This document shows positions 8,628-17,067 of a stretch of 46,391 nt of DNA, piece after piece. The notes under the pieces were generated by a model. That model was not told the DNA's origin. It saw nothing but the letters and a program-made list of their open reading frames with translations, and did not search any database. The first letter of the stretch is position 1; every line of letters begins with the position of its first letter. Source of the stretch: Candidatus Hermodarchaeota archaeon. GTDB taxonomy: Archaea > Asgardarchaeota > Lokiarchaeia > Sigyniarchaeales > SOKP01. The position numbers and the translations under genes were made by a program. Location: positions 1 to 46,391 of the forward strand of contig JBHLLG010000020.1 in the NCBI GenBank assembly GCA_048885925.1. Reading direction: 5' to 3'.

Positions 8628-9560
8628 TTGTTAAAAATGATTATGCTAGATAACTTTTCAAATTTCATGGTATTTGGATTAAAAGATACTGGTGAAAGAG
8701 AAAGGATAAATATAACAGAGCAAGAATTTTCTCAAACTAATGGACATAAAATCCTACATAATTCACAAGTTGTAATAATAATAAAAGAAGAGTTAAGGCG
8801 AATATATATTTGGAAAGGTTACCAATCGAATGTCAGGAAAAAGTTTATTGCTTCACGTGTAGCCCAAGATCTCCAAAAAAGATTAATAGATATCGCTAAT
8901 TTTCATAGATGTAAAATAGTTTCAATCGATCAAGGAGAAGAGCCTCAAGAATTCCTAAACGCATTTGGATTTAAATCACAAGAGATACCTAAGAAAAAAG
9001 AAATAAATCAACCCTTCTTTTCAAGATTAAATACTCGTATAATAGAAGAAGTAGCTCAAATACCAAAATCTTCTGGTAATTCGAGAGATAAGAATATAAA
9101 GACTATAAAAAATTTGAATCCGATATTAAATAAATCGAGAGAAGAAATCATCAATAATATCATTCATACTCAACCTTCAAATGGGTATAAACGAAATCAT
9201 ATCTTAATAGGAAATATTATTCTCTATGGAATTGTAACAAAAAAAACTGAAATTTTTGGTAACCCTATTGAAGAATCCGTATGGGAACCTTTTGAAAAAC
9301 TCCCAAAAGAAATTTTTGAATTAAATGGTCACAAATTAAGAATACATTTTAATAAGAATTCAAATTCCATTGAAGCAATTGAAGTTCTGGAAAAAATTTC
9401 TAAAATAAAAAAAGAAGAAAAATCAGAATTGAAAGTAAACTATAATAAATGGACAGTTAAACAATTAAAAGATTTTTGTGTTAGGAATGATATAAAAGTC
9501 CCTTCTTCATATAGAAAAGCACAAATCGTAAGTCTTGTTGAAGAATTTAATAAATCCTAA
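8628..9560 (+). CDS. Asgard gelsolin-domain protein with C-terminal SAP/HeH/Rho-N-like domain
   Basis: Gelsolin motif RIYIWKG..SNVRKKFIASRVA...IVSIDQGEEPQEFL; C-terminal YNKWTVKQLKDFC..NDIKVPSSYRKAQIV. Confidence 0.8.
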   Translation: MLKMIMLDNFSNFMVFGLKDTGERERINITEQEFSQTNGHKILHNSQVVIIIKEELRRIYIWKGYQSNVRKKFIASRVAQDLQKRLIDIANFHRCKIVSIDQGEEPQEFLNAFGFKSQEIPKKKEINQPFFSRLNTRIIEEVAQIPKSSGNSRDKNIKTIKNLNPILNKSREEIINNIIHTQPSNGYKRNHILIGNIILYGIVTKKTEIFGNPIEESVWEPFEKLPKEIFELNGHKLRIHFNKNSNSIEAIEVLEKISKIKKEEKSELKVNYNKWTVKQLKDFCVRNDIKVPSSYRKAQIVSLVEEFNKS

Positions 9561-9690
9561 ATATAATTGGATGAATTTATTTAGATTTTAATTATTTATT
9601 GAAACTTTAAATTCTATTTTTAACTTTTCTTTTTAATGTTACATTATTAGATAGCAATTTAATAGCTTAAAAATGCAAAGATGATTTGTC

Positions 9691-10329
9691 ATGAAAAAAG
9701 TAATATTATTTGGTCCTCCAGGAGCCGGAAAAGGAACTTTTTCCTCCCAGATTAAAGAGATTTTACCAGAAATTATACATATTAGTACTGGAGATATCTT
9801 TAGAGAAAATTTAAAGAATGAAACCCCTCTCGGTTTAAAGGCTAAAACTTATATGGATAAGGGTGAATTAGTCCCTGATGATGTTACAATTGAAATGGTA
9901 AGAGATAGACTAAACAAAGATGATGTTAAGAAAAATGGATTTATTCTTGATGGATTTCCTCGGAATATTTCTCAAGCAGAAGCTCTTTCTAAGATGACAG
10001 AAATCGATAAAGTTATTTTACTTAATGTACCGCAAGATATAATAATAAAAAGAATACTTGGACGCTACTCTTGTCCAAACTGTGGAGAAATTTATAATAA
10101 ATACTTTATGAAGCCAAAAAAGGAGGGAATTTGCGACAAATGCAGTAATAATATAGAATTTAAACAAAGACCTGATGATACAGAAGAAACTCTAAAAAAT
10201 CGATTAGAAGTATATGATAAAAATACAAAACCCTTAATTAAATATTATAAAAACCAAAAATTAGTCAAAGAAATTGATTACTCCAACAAATTACCTGAAA
10301 AAAAAGTAAAAAAAGTTATTGGAATATAA
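9691..10329 (+). CDS. adk: Adenylate kinase (bacterial/eukaryotic long type, Zn-binding LID)
   Basis: Motifs GPPGAGKGT, HISTGDIFR, GELVPD, GFILDGFPR, CPNC..CDKC LID and QRPDD. Confidence 0.93.
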   Translation: MKKVILFGPPGAGKGTFSSQIKEILPEIIHISTGDIFRENLKNETPLGLKAKTYMDKGELVPDDVTIEMVRDRLNKDDVKKNGFILDGFPRNISQAEALSKMTEIDKVILLNVPQDIIIKRILGRYSCPNCGEIYNKYFMKPKKEGICDKCSNNIEFKQRPDDTEETLKNRLEVYDKNTKPLIKYYKNQKLVKEIDYSNKLPEKKVKKVIGI

Positions 10330-10355
10330 AATTTTTATATTTTTTTTGATTATTT

Positions 10356-11108
10356 ATGAATCCTAATATTTGTATAACTATTCCCATTAAAACAAATCAG
10401 TTTGATAAAATTTCTGCTTCCATTAAAAGAGCATTAAATGAAAAACCTGAATTTATTGAATTAAGATTTGATTTTATCAAGAATATAGAAGAATTAACCA
10501 GTGAATTAATTATTAATTTAAAAAAGATGTGCCATCCTACAGCATGCTCAATTTTTACATTTAGAAATTATCTTGAAGGAGGAAATATACAAATTAGTGA
10601 AGGTAAACGATTTAGTATTATTGAATCTCTTATTAATGCTAAACCTAATTATATTGATGTTGAATTACAGAGTAATTTTACTCAGTTGAATCAAATATTA
10701 AGCAATGCTAAAAAAAATGATGTAAAAATTATTGTTTCATATCATGATTTAAAAAAAACTCCTTCTTATAAAGATGCCTTGGATCTTATAGAAACGTTAA
10801 AAATGGAATTCATTAATAAATGTTTATCTAATTTGGAAGATAGTGAGGATATTATCTATAAATTTGTGTTCACGGTTCAAAATTTTGAAGATAACATAAT
10901 ACCACTAAAAATATGTAATTATTTTAGAGAAAAAAACCAGAAAGTAATATCTTTTTGTATGGGAGAAATGGGAATTTTCTCAAGAGTTCTATGTCCTTTA
11001 GTGGGTTCATTTTTAACATATGTTTCGTTAGATGAAAAAGTAGCACCAGGGCAAATTAATATCAAAACAATAAAAGAACTTTTTAATTTATTGATAAATA
11101 ACCTGTAA
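10356..11108 (+). CDS. aroD: Type I 3-dehydroquinate dehydratase
   Basis: Motifs IELRFD, IFTFR...EGG, YIDVEL, IVSYHD, FCMGE.G..SR and APGQI. Confidence 0.92.
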   Translation: MNPNICITIPIKTNQFDKISASIKRALNEKPEFIELRFDFIKNIEELTSELIINLKKMCHPTACSIFTFRNYLEGGNIQISEGKRFSIIESLINAKPNYIDVELQSNFTQLNQILSNAKKNDVKIIVSYHDLKKTPSYKDALDLIETLKMEFINKCLSNLEDSEDIIYKFVFTVQNFEDNIIPLKICNYFREKNQKVISFCMGEMGIFSRVLCPLVGSFLTYVSLDEKVAPGQINIKTIKELFNLLINNL

Positions 11109-11169
11109 CTTTTTAAATTAATAAAATTAGAACTATAAAGATTAAATTGTATATTTTTTACTATATTAT

Positions 11170-12375
11170 ATGGTAATCCATTTTGCTTTTTTGTTTCATA
11201 TATATCAACCCCCCGTACAGATTCCTCTCGTAATTAAACAGATTGTAAATGAGTCCTACAAACCTATTATGGAAGCGTTAAGAGATCATCCTGAGGCAAA
11301 GATTACTTTAAATATCAACGGTACTTTAACTGAACAACTGCATGATTATGATTATGACGATTTGATTGGATTAATTACTACCCTTGCCTCAAATGGGCAA
11401 ATTGAATTTACTGGGTCTGCTAAATTTCATCCTCTGCTTCCCTTAATTCCAGAACCCGAAATTAAGCGTCAAATAGAATTGAATAATCAAACTAATCGAC
11501 ACTTTTTTGGAAAACTTTATAATCCTCGTGGATTTTTTCCTCCTGAAATGGCAGTGAATGGAGAAGTATTTAAAACAGTTAAAAAGAGAAAATTTGATTG
11601 GATGATTATGAGCGGAATTGCTAATACATTGCCAGAATTTCCTACTAATAATATATCCGTACATCCCAATGGATTAAAAGTGTTATTTAGAGATGATTAC
11701 ATCTCAATTGATTGCGCATTTGATAAAATAAATAATGTTGAAACGTTCGTTAATAGATTAAGATATAAAAACACTAAAGATGATATGTACATAATCATAG
11801 CAATGGATGGAGAAACATTTGGACACCATGTTAAACATGCTATACATGACTTTTTAGTCCCATTGTTTCAAACTCTCCCTCACAGAGATGATGTTAAAAT
11901 CTGTACAGTATCAGAAATTGTTAATAGATTCCCTAAAGGATTTACACAAGTTCCGCGAGATTCAAGTTGGTCGACCATGCCGTATGACATCGCTAATGAT
12001 GTTCCCTTTCCATTATGGTTCGACCCTGACAATGAAATTCATATAGAACAACATAAATTTTTCATGTATGCTCTTACGCTGATTCATTTAGCCGCTAAAT
12101 ATAGGGATAGTATGAATGAAGATAAGAAAAGAATTTTCAATAATGCAAGAAATCTTTTAGATCGAGGAACTCACAGCTGTCAGCAATGGTGGGCATCACA
12201 ACGACCTTGGTATTCTCCTGATATGATTCTACGCGGATTAAATGAAATTCTTATGGCAAGTGTGAACGCTAAGCGTAGTATTCCTGAGAATATTCCAGAT
12301 ATTAAAGAAGCTATGGAATTAATAATGAATGATATGCTAAAAGCTCAAAATAAAATTGTATTATCCTTAATGTGA
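11170..12375 (+). CDS. Glycoside hydrolase family 57 protein
   Basis: Motifs HIYQP, ESYKP, HPLLPL, FFPPEMA, AMDGETFGHH and SSWS. Confidence 0.9.
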   Translation: MVIHFAFLFHIYQPPVQIPLVIKQIVNESYKPIMEALRDHPEAKITLNINGTLTEQLHDYDYDDLIGLITTLASNGQIEFTGSAKFHPLLPLIPEPEIKRQIELNNQTNRHFFGKLYNPRGFFPPEMAVNGEVFKTVKKRKFDWMIMSGIANTLPEFPTNNISVHPNGLKVLFRDDYISIDCAFDKINNVETFVNRLRYKNTKDDMYIIIAMDGETFGHHVKHAIHDFLVPLFQTLPHRDDVKICTVSEIVNRFPKGFTQVPRDSSWSTMPYDIANDVPFPLWFDPDNEIHIEQHKFFMYALTLIHLAAKYRDSMNEDKKRIFNNARNLLDRGTHSCQQWWASQRPWYSPDMILRGLNEILMASVNAKRSIPENIPDIKEAMELIMNDMLKAQNKIVLSLM

Positions 12376-12432
12376 AAATTTGATGCGTAAAAAATAGAAA
12401 AATAAATAAAAAAAGTCATTTTTTACATATTT

Positions 12433-12669
12433 TTAATTCTTCTTGAAAAGATTTCCACAATCTCCACATTTAACGCTTCGAGAGTCTCAGCGGAAGAAGC
12501 TGAACTAACTTTTCCTATACTGGTGTGCCCTGCCTCAGCGGTAGGCTGAATTAGCTTTACCAATACTGTAGTATAGCACATTATTCCTATCTGGCTCCTC
12601 ATGAAGCTTACGTGGATTTTCATTACCACATTGAGGACATTTTACTCGTGAAAATTTATATTCTGTCAT
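12433..12669 (-). CDS. 58-aa zinc-ribbon protein, three exons: 12669-12563, 12533-12517, 12485-12433
   Basis: Missed by the ORF track. The spliced product MTEYKFSRVKCPQCGNENPRKLHEEPDRNNVLYYSMQGTPVYSRSVKCGDCGNLFKKN has paired CxxC knuckles. Exons sum to 107+17+53=177 nt. Confidence 0.85.
12486..12516 (-). other. Putative BHB pre-mRNA intron 2 of the zinc-ribbon gene (31 nt)
   Basis: CAGU-AU|A-GGAA-AA-GUU-AGUUC-AGC-UUC-UUCC-GCUG-AG|A. The junction gives CCA GTA TAC TCT (PVYS). Confidence 0.85.
12534..12562 (-). other. Putative BHB pre-mRNA intron 1 of the zinc-ribbon gene (29 nt)
   Basis: CAGU-AU|U-GGUA-AA-GCU-AAUUC-AGC-C-UACC-GCUG-AG|G. The junction gives AGT ATG CAG (SMQ). Contains an in-frame TGA if retained. 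Confidence 0.85.
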
Positions 12670-12731
12670 GTTTTTTTCCCTTAAGTCTGTTATAGATATA
12701 TAAATATTTAGTAGAGTTTGTAAATTTAAAT

Positions 12732-13262
12732 TTAGGTTTTTAATTTAGTTTTTATAACAATCTCTCGCACAATATTCTTAATTTTTTTATTTGAAGTATA
12801 AATAACAATCTCTGCTGCATCATCATAATAGGATTTGCGAAGATTTAGAATTTTCTTTATTTCTCTTTTAGGATCTTCTTTATCAAGAATTGGTCTAGTT
12901 TCTTTCCCATTTTTTAATATTCTTTTATAGATTTCTTCTGGAGTTGCTTTTAATAATACAATATGACAATTTTTTTTTAAATTTTCAATATTGGTTTTAT
13001 TCAAAACTACTCCACCTCCACATGAAATAACAACTTTCTTTAAGTTAGAAACCCTCTCGCATATTAATGATTCATACTCTCTAAATTTACTCTCACCATC
13101 TGTGGCAAAAATTTTTGGAATTAATTTACCTACTTCTTTAATGATAAGTTGATCTGTTTCAATAAATCTGTAATCATTGCCAAGAAATTTAGTTAAGGCA
13201 TTTCCAATTGTGGATTTTCCAGTTCCCATAAATCCAATAAGCGCAATAGAATTTTTGCTCAT
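12732..13262 (-). CDS. aroK: Shikimate kinase (bacterial AroK type)
   Basis: Motifs IGFMGTGKST, GESKFREYE, VISCGGGVV and RPIL. Confidence 0.93.
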   Translation of the reverse strand: MSKNSIALIGFMGTGKSTIGNALTKFLGNDYRFIETDQLIIKEVGKLIPKIFATDGESKFREYESLICERVSNLKKVVISCGGGVVLNKTNIENLKKNCHIVLLKATPEEIYKRILKNGKETRPILDKEDPKREIKKILNLRKSYYDDAAEIVIYTSNKKIKNIVREIVIKTKLKT

Positions 13263-13289
13263 AATTCACATTCCTTCTTCAATCAGAGT

Positions 13290-14186
13290 TCAAAAAGATC
13301 CAAGAATTACTCCCAAACATATTATGGTACCTTGTCCCATCATATATACCATTGTAAAGTATTCAGCCAATTTTGGTGTTGGTCGATAAAAAAAGAAAAA
13401 TGTAAAGATTAATCCAGAAACAATAAAGATCATATCTAAATAAAGATAAAATATATTAAATTCCCCTGTTAAATAAGCTAAAAAACTAAATAAATATGCA
13501 AAAATTAAGCAGAATCCCGAGATTTGTGCTGTTCGCTTTATACCATAACGTTTAGGCCAAGTTTTTACTGGAGTTACCTCATCTTGAGAAAAGTCGCGAA
13601 TATCGATCATTCCCCGACCACCAAACATAGCAAAAAAGAACATACAAGCAATTAGAATTACACCTAAAGAGATTTTTCCTGAAGATGCTCCCATTAATAA
13701 ATAAAGAGCTTGTAAACCTCCTAAAGTTATTGCCCGTCCTATTGGGGTTTCGAACCAATGCAGTGCTAAACCTAAAATTATCGCTATAACAACTCCCCAT
13801 GCAACCAGTGACCAAATAGAAAACAACGCAATAACAATTAAACTCAAAATAAGTGATATTAATGAAAATACTAGGCCAGATCTGGGTGGAATTGATCCAT
13901 CCGCTAAAGGATTCTTTCGAATTCTAGCACGGGGGCCTTTTAAATCTAATTCGCGGTCTGCATAAAAATCTAGAGAAAACCCTCCAACAGCTAAAAGCCA
14001 TCCCCCAAGAGTCATCCATAAAGCTACTTCAACACTAGCTCCTGCGGCGAAAGCTCCTGTTCCTGTGATCATTGCCACCATAAAAGTTCTATTAGGGCGA
14101 AACAGATATAAAATCGATTTTATCCTTGAGTTTTGTGTTTTTCCTTCTTGCATTATTGCCATTAATAATGATAATTTTAAAATCAA
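13290..14186 (-). CDS. UbiA-family prenyltransferase
   Basis: Multi-TM protein; N-terminal RP; Asp-rich motifs DFYADRELD...NPLADG and DIRDFSQD. True start is probably MQEGK (about 14153). Confidence 0.85.
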   Translation of the reverse strand: MILKLSLLMAIMQEGKTQNSRIKSILYLFRPNRTFMVAMITGTGAFAAGASVEVALWMTLGGWLLAVGGFSLDFYADRELDLKGPRARIRKNPLADGSIPPRSGLVFSLISLILSLIVIALFSIWSLVAWGVVIAIILGLALHWFETPIGRAITLGGLQALYLLMGASSGKISLGVILIACMFFFAMFGGRGMIDIRDFSQDEVTPVKTWPKRYGIKRTAQISGFCLIFAYLFSFLAYLTGEFNIFYLYLDMIFIVSGLIFTFFFFYRPTPKLAEYFTMVYMMGQGTIICLGVILGSF

Positions 14187-14263
14187 AAATTGATGTTATT
14201 AATAATTTTTTATTTAAAAATAATTCCAGAAAGCCATCAATTAATCTAAAGAGAAATGAAATA

Positions 14264-14821
14264 TTAATCCTCTTTTGTATAACCATGCTTTCCTAATATT
14301 CCTTTATTTAGACCAATATAATTACCTGCTATATATGCATAAAAATTAAAAGCATCAGGATTTAAGGTTTCATCAATAACATACTTAGGATCAGAATGAG
14401 TTGCCATAACTTGTCCAAAATAACATACATGAGATCCTAATTTCAATTTATTAACTACTTTGCATTCCATATTCCATGGAAATTCTTTTACTAAGGGTAC
14501 TTGAACGATAGATGCTTTCTCTTTTGTTAATTTTAATTCCTTCCATTTATTTACATCTCTTCCTGATCGTGTACCTATGTAATCGGTTTCTTTTAGTTGA
14601 TCTATAGTTGGATAATTTATTACAAATTCGCCATGTTTTTCAATTAATTGATAAGAATAACGATCAGGATTTATTGAGATTGCAATAATTGGTGGGTTAT
14701 AACATACTTTACCAACATAAGCAAGTGTAATTAAGTTAGCACTTTCCCCTACTCCAACAGAAATTACTGCAGCTGGCATTGGAAATGTTGAAATTCTAGG
14801 ACTTAAAACTACTTTTTCCAT
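14264..14821 (-). CDS. Flavin reductase family protein (DIM6/NTAB)
   Basis: Motifs FPMPAAVIS, PPIIAISI, GEFVINYP, GTRSGRDVNK and MECKV...LGSH. Confidence 0.9.
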   Translation of the reverse strand: MEKVVLSPRISTFPMPAAVISVGVGESANLITLAYVGKVCYNPPIIAISINPDRYSYQLIEKHGEFVINYPTIDQLKETDYIGTRSGRDVNKWKELKLTKEKASIVQVPLVKEFPWNMECKVVNKLKLGSHVCYFGQVMATHSDPKYVIDETLNPDAFNFYAYIAGNYIGLNKGILGKHGYTKED

Positions 14822-14993
14822 TTTCTCACCATATTTACATTATTTTTTTTTTGAGTAATTATTTGTTTTAATCTATAGTAAATTAAATAGTTTTAAATTG
14901 AATTAATCTAAAATTTTCCTATATAAAATTTTAAATAATTAAGAATTAGTAAATGATCAAGTTCTTTAATTAATAGTATTAGGTGAAAAGAGA

Positions 14994-15614
14994 ATTATAA
15001 TAAAACATAGAGGATTTATCCCTAAATTCGATTCCTCTGTATTTATCGCACCAACAGCAGCAGTTATAGGAAATGTCTTGATCGGAAAAGATTCAAGGAT
15101 TATGTATGGTTCGGTTGTTAATTCAGAAGGTTCTGCGATAGAAATAGGTAAATGCTCAATAATATGCGAAAATGCAGTTCTTAGAGCTACAGCATCAGGA
15201 AACCAGGATTACCCTGTTTTAATTGGAGATCATGTTTTTATCTCACCACAATCGACTCTAATTGGATGTACAGTTGAATCTAATTCATATATAGCAACGG
15301 GTGTAACTATTTTACAAGGTGCTAACATTCAATCTGGTGCTGCGGTGGCTGTTGGAGCTTTTATACATGCAAACACAGTTGTTCCCGCAAATTTTTTTAT
15401 TCCTCCGAATAATATTGCTATTGGAGATCCAATAAGAATTTATAGTCCAAAAGAGAAAGAGGCATTAGCTAAAGCTATAAAGTCCATTGAATTTGCGAAG
15501 GTTGCTTTTAATGTAGATGCAGAATGGGAAAATCGCTTTGAGAGATATAGACAAGCTACTGCAGTAAGATCAAAAGAATTTGAGAGTCATTTTAATGACG
15601 AGATAATAGATTGA
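14994..15614 (+). CDS. Gamma carbonic anhydrase / hexapeptide-repeat family protein
   Basis: Hexapeptide repeats. The in-frame upstream sequence IIIKHRGFIPKFDSSVFIAPTAAVIGNV extends the 15078 ORF. Start is inferred at ATT 14994 after an AGGTGA SD. Confidence 0.85.
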   Translation: MIIKHRGFIPKFDSSVFIAPTAAVIGNVLIGKDSRIMYGSVVNSEGSAIEIGKCSIICENAVLRATASGNQDYPVLIGDHVFISPQSTLIGCTVESNSYIATGVTILQGANIQSGAAVAVGAFIHANTVVPANFFIPPNNIAIGDPIRIYSPKEKEALAKAIKSIEFAKVAFNVDAEWENRFERYRQATAVRSKEFESHFNDEIID

Positions 15615-15638
15615 GGTAATTTTACCTTTTAATTTATA

Positions 15639-16523
15639 ATGATCGAGAAGAACTTTGTAACAACTCAAACAAAAATTTTATGTGTGATTGGGTATCCAAT
15701 TGAACATTCAATGAGCCCTATAATGCATAATGCTGCAATACATGATTTGAACCTTGATTATATATATTTAGCATTCAATATTTTACCCGCTAATTTGAAT
15801 CATGCCGTTAAAGGAATCAGAACATTTAATATCATTGGAATTAATGTAACAATTCCATTTAAACAAAAAATTATGAGATACTTAGATGAAATTGAACCTC
15901 TAGCAAAAAAGATTGGAGCAGTAAATACGCTAAAAAATGATAATGGATATTTGATTGGTAAAAATACTGACGCAGAAGGAGGTATTAAAGCTCTATTAAA
16001 CACGGGTTATGAAATTTCAGGAAAAAATGTTTTATTGCTAGGCGCTGGTGGTGCCGCAAGAGCTCTAACTCATGCAATAGTAAAATATGTTAATAAAATA
16101 GTTATAGTAAATAGAAATGAAAAGCGGGCATTAAAGCTCTCAAAAGAAATAAAATCTAATTTTGGAATAAATATTGGGGCAAACAAAATGAATAATTACA
16201 TTTTAAAAGACGAATCTGAAAAAGCAGACATTATCATAAATACAACCCCAATTGGTATGTTTCCTAATATAGATAGTACACCCATACCTGCTGAATTTTT
16301 GCATAAGGATTTAATTGTTTATGATATAGTGTATAACCCATTAGAAACTAAATTGATTAAAGATGCAAATGAAATTGGATGTAAAACACTCAGAGGAATA
16401 GATATGTTAGTTAATCAAGGAGCTTTAGCATTTGAATGGTGGACTAACAGAAAACCAAATATCAAATTAATGAAAGAAAAAGTTATTGAATTTCTTCAGA
16501 AAAAACAAGTAAAAAGTATATGA
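15639..16523 (+). CDS. aroE: Shikimate dehydrogenase
   Basis: Motifs IGYPIEHSMSP.MHN, GINVTIPFK, IGAVNT, NTD, GAGGAARA, INTTPIGM and YDIVYNPLET. Confidence 0.95.
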   Translation: MIEKNFVTTQTKILCVIGYPIEHSMSPIMHNAAIHDLNLDYIYLAFNILPANLNHAVKGIRTFNIIGINVTIPFKQKIMRYLDEIEPLAKKIGAVNTLKNDNGYLIGKNTDAEGGIKALLNTGYEISGKNVLLLGAGGAARALTHAIVKYVNKIVIVNRNEKRALKLSKEIKSNFGINIGANKMNNYILKDESEKADIIINTTPIGMFPNIDSTPIPAEFLHKDLIVYDIVYNPLETKLIKDANEIGCKTLRGIDMLVNQGALAFEWWTNRKPNIKLMKEKVIEFLQKKQVKSI

Positions 16524-16551
16524 TTTTGATTAAAAAAAGGAAAAAAAGAAT

Positions 16552-16929
16552 TTATTCTACAGGGCTACCGCAAAGAGGACAATATTTAGCATGTTCTCTT
16601 TGGTTTAGCTCAACACCACAATTATAACAAAATTTAGATTTTTCATCAACTGGTCTTTTTTCCACTATAAATTGTTGACTTTGCATTTGATTAGTAGAAC
16701 TTACTAATTGATAATTCGAAGTTACTAAATTGTTTTCTATTTGCTCATAACAGATACTATTACAGTGAATACAGCGAGGCTTGTGCTCTTTATCTAAATA
16801 AATCGCAACATAAATTAATAAACCTATTCCACCAGTAAATATTGCTAAGAAAATTGCTAAACCAATATTGAAATCATTCTTTTTTGTATGTACATTCTTA
16901 TCACACTTATAACAATACATCATTGACAT
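16552..16929 (-). CDS. Membrane zinc-ribbon protein (LITAF-like domain plus C-terminal zinc ribbon)
   Basis: CYKC, hydrophobic hairpin (IFLAIFTGGIGLLIYVAIY), CIHC, then CYNC..CPLC. Confidence 0.8.
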   Translation of the reverse strand: MSMMYCYKCDKNVHTKKNDFNIGLAIFLAIFTGGIGLLIYVAIYLDKEHKPRCIHCNSICYEQIENNLVTSNYQLVSSTNQMQSQQFIVEKRPVDEKSKFCYNCGVELNQREHAKYCPLCGSPVE

Positions 16930-17067
16930 TTTTTTACCTCCAATTTTTTTTAATACATTTATATTTCTTTAATTAAATAAAAAAGAAAGAAATACTAAAA
17001 TGATCTTTAGTCCAATTTTTAATAGTTAAGGAGGCTTTTAATATAAAAAAAAGAAACGAAAAAAAAA

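Noticed and set aside
12535-12537. In-frame TGA as selenocysteine readthrough in the zinc-ribbon gene
   Set aside because: A TAG follows ten codons later in the same frame, and the TGA lies within the predicted intron.
12486-12562. Direct repeats read as a mini-CRISPR array or terminators
   Set aside because: There are only two imperfect copies with a 17-nt spacer and no cas genes. Paired introns explain them better.
12423-12629. 68-aa minus-strand ORF (MVMKIH...)
   Set aside because: It is an alternative frame across the zinc-ribbon exons and introns. It has no motifs, while the spliced frame gives paired CxxC.
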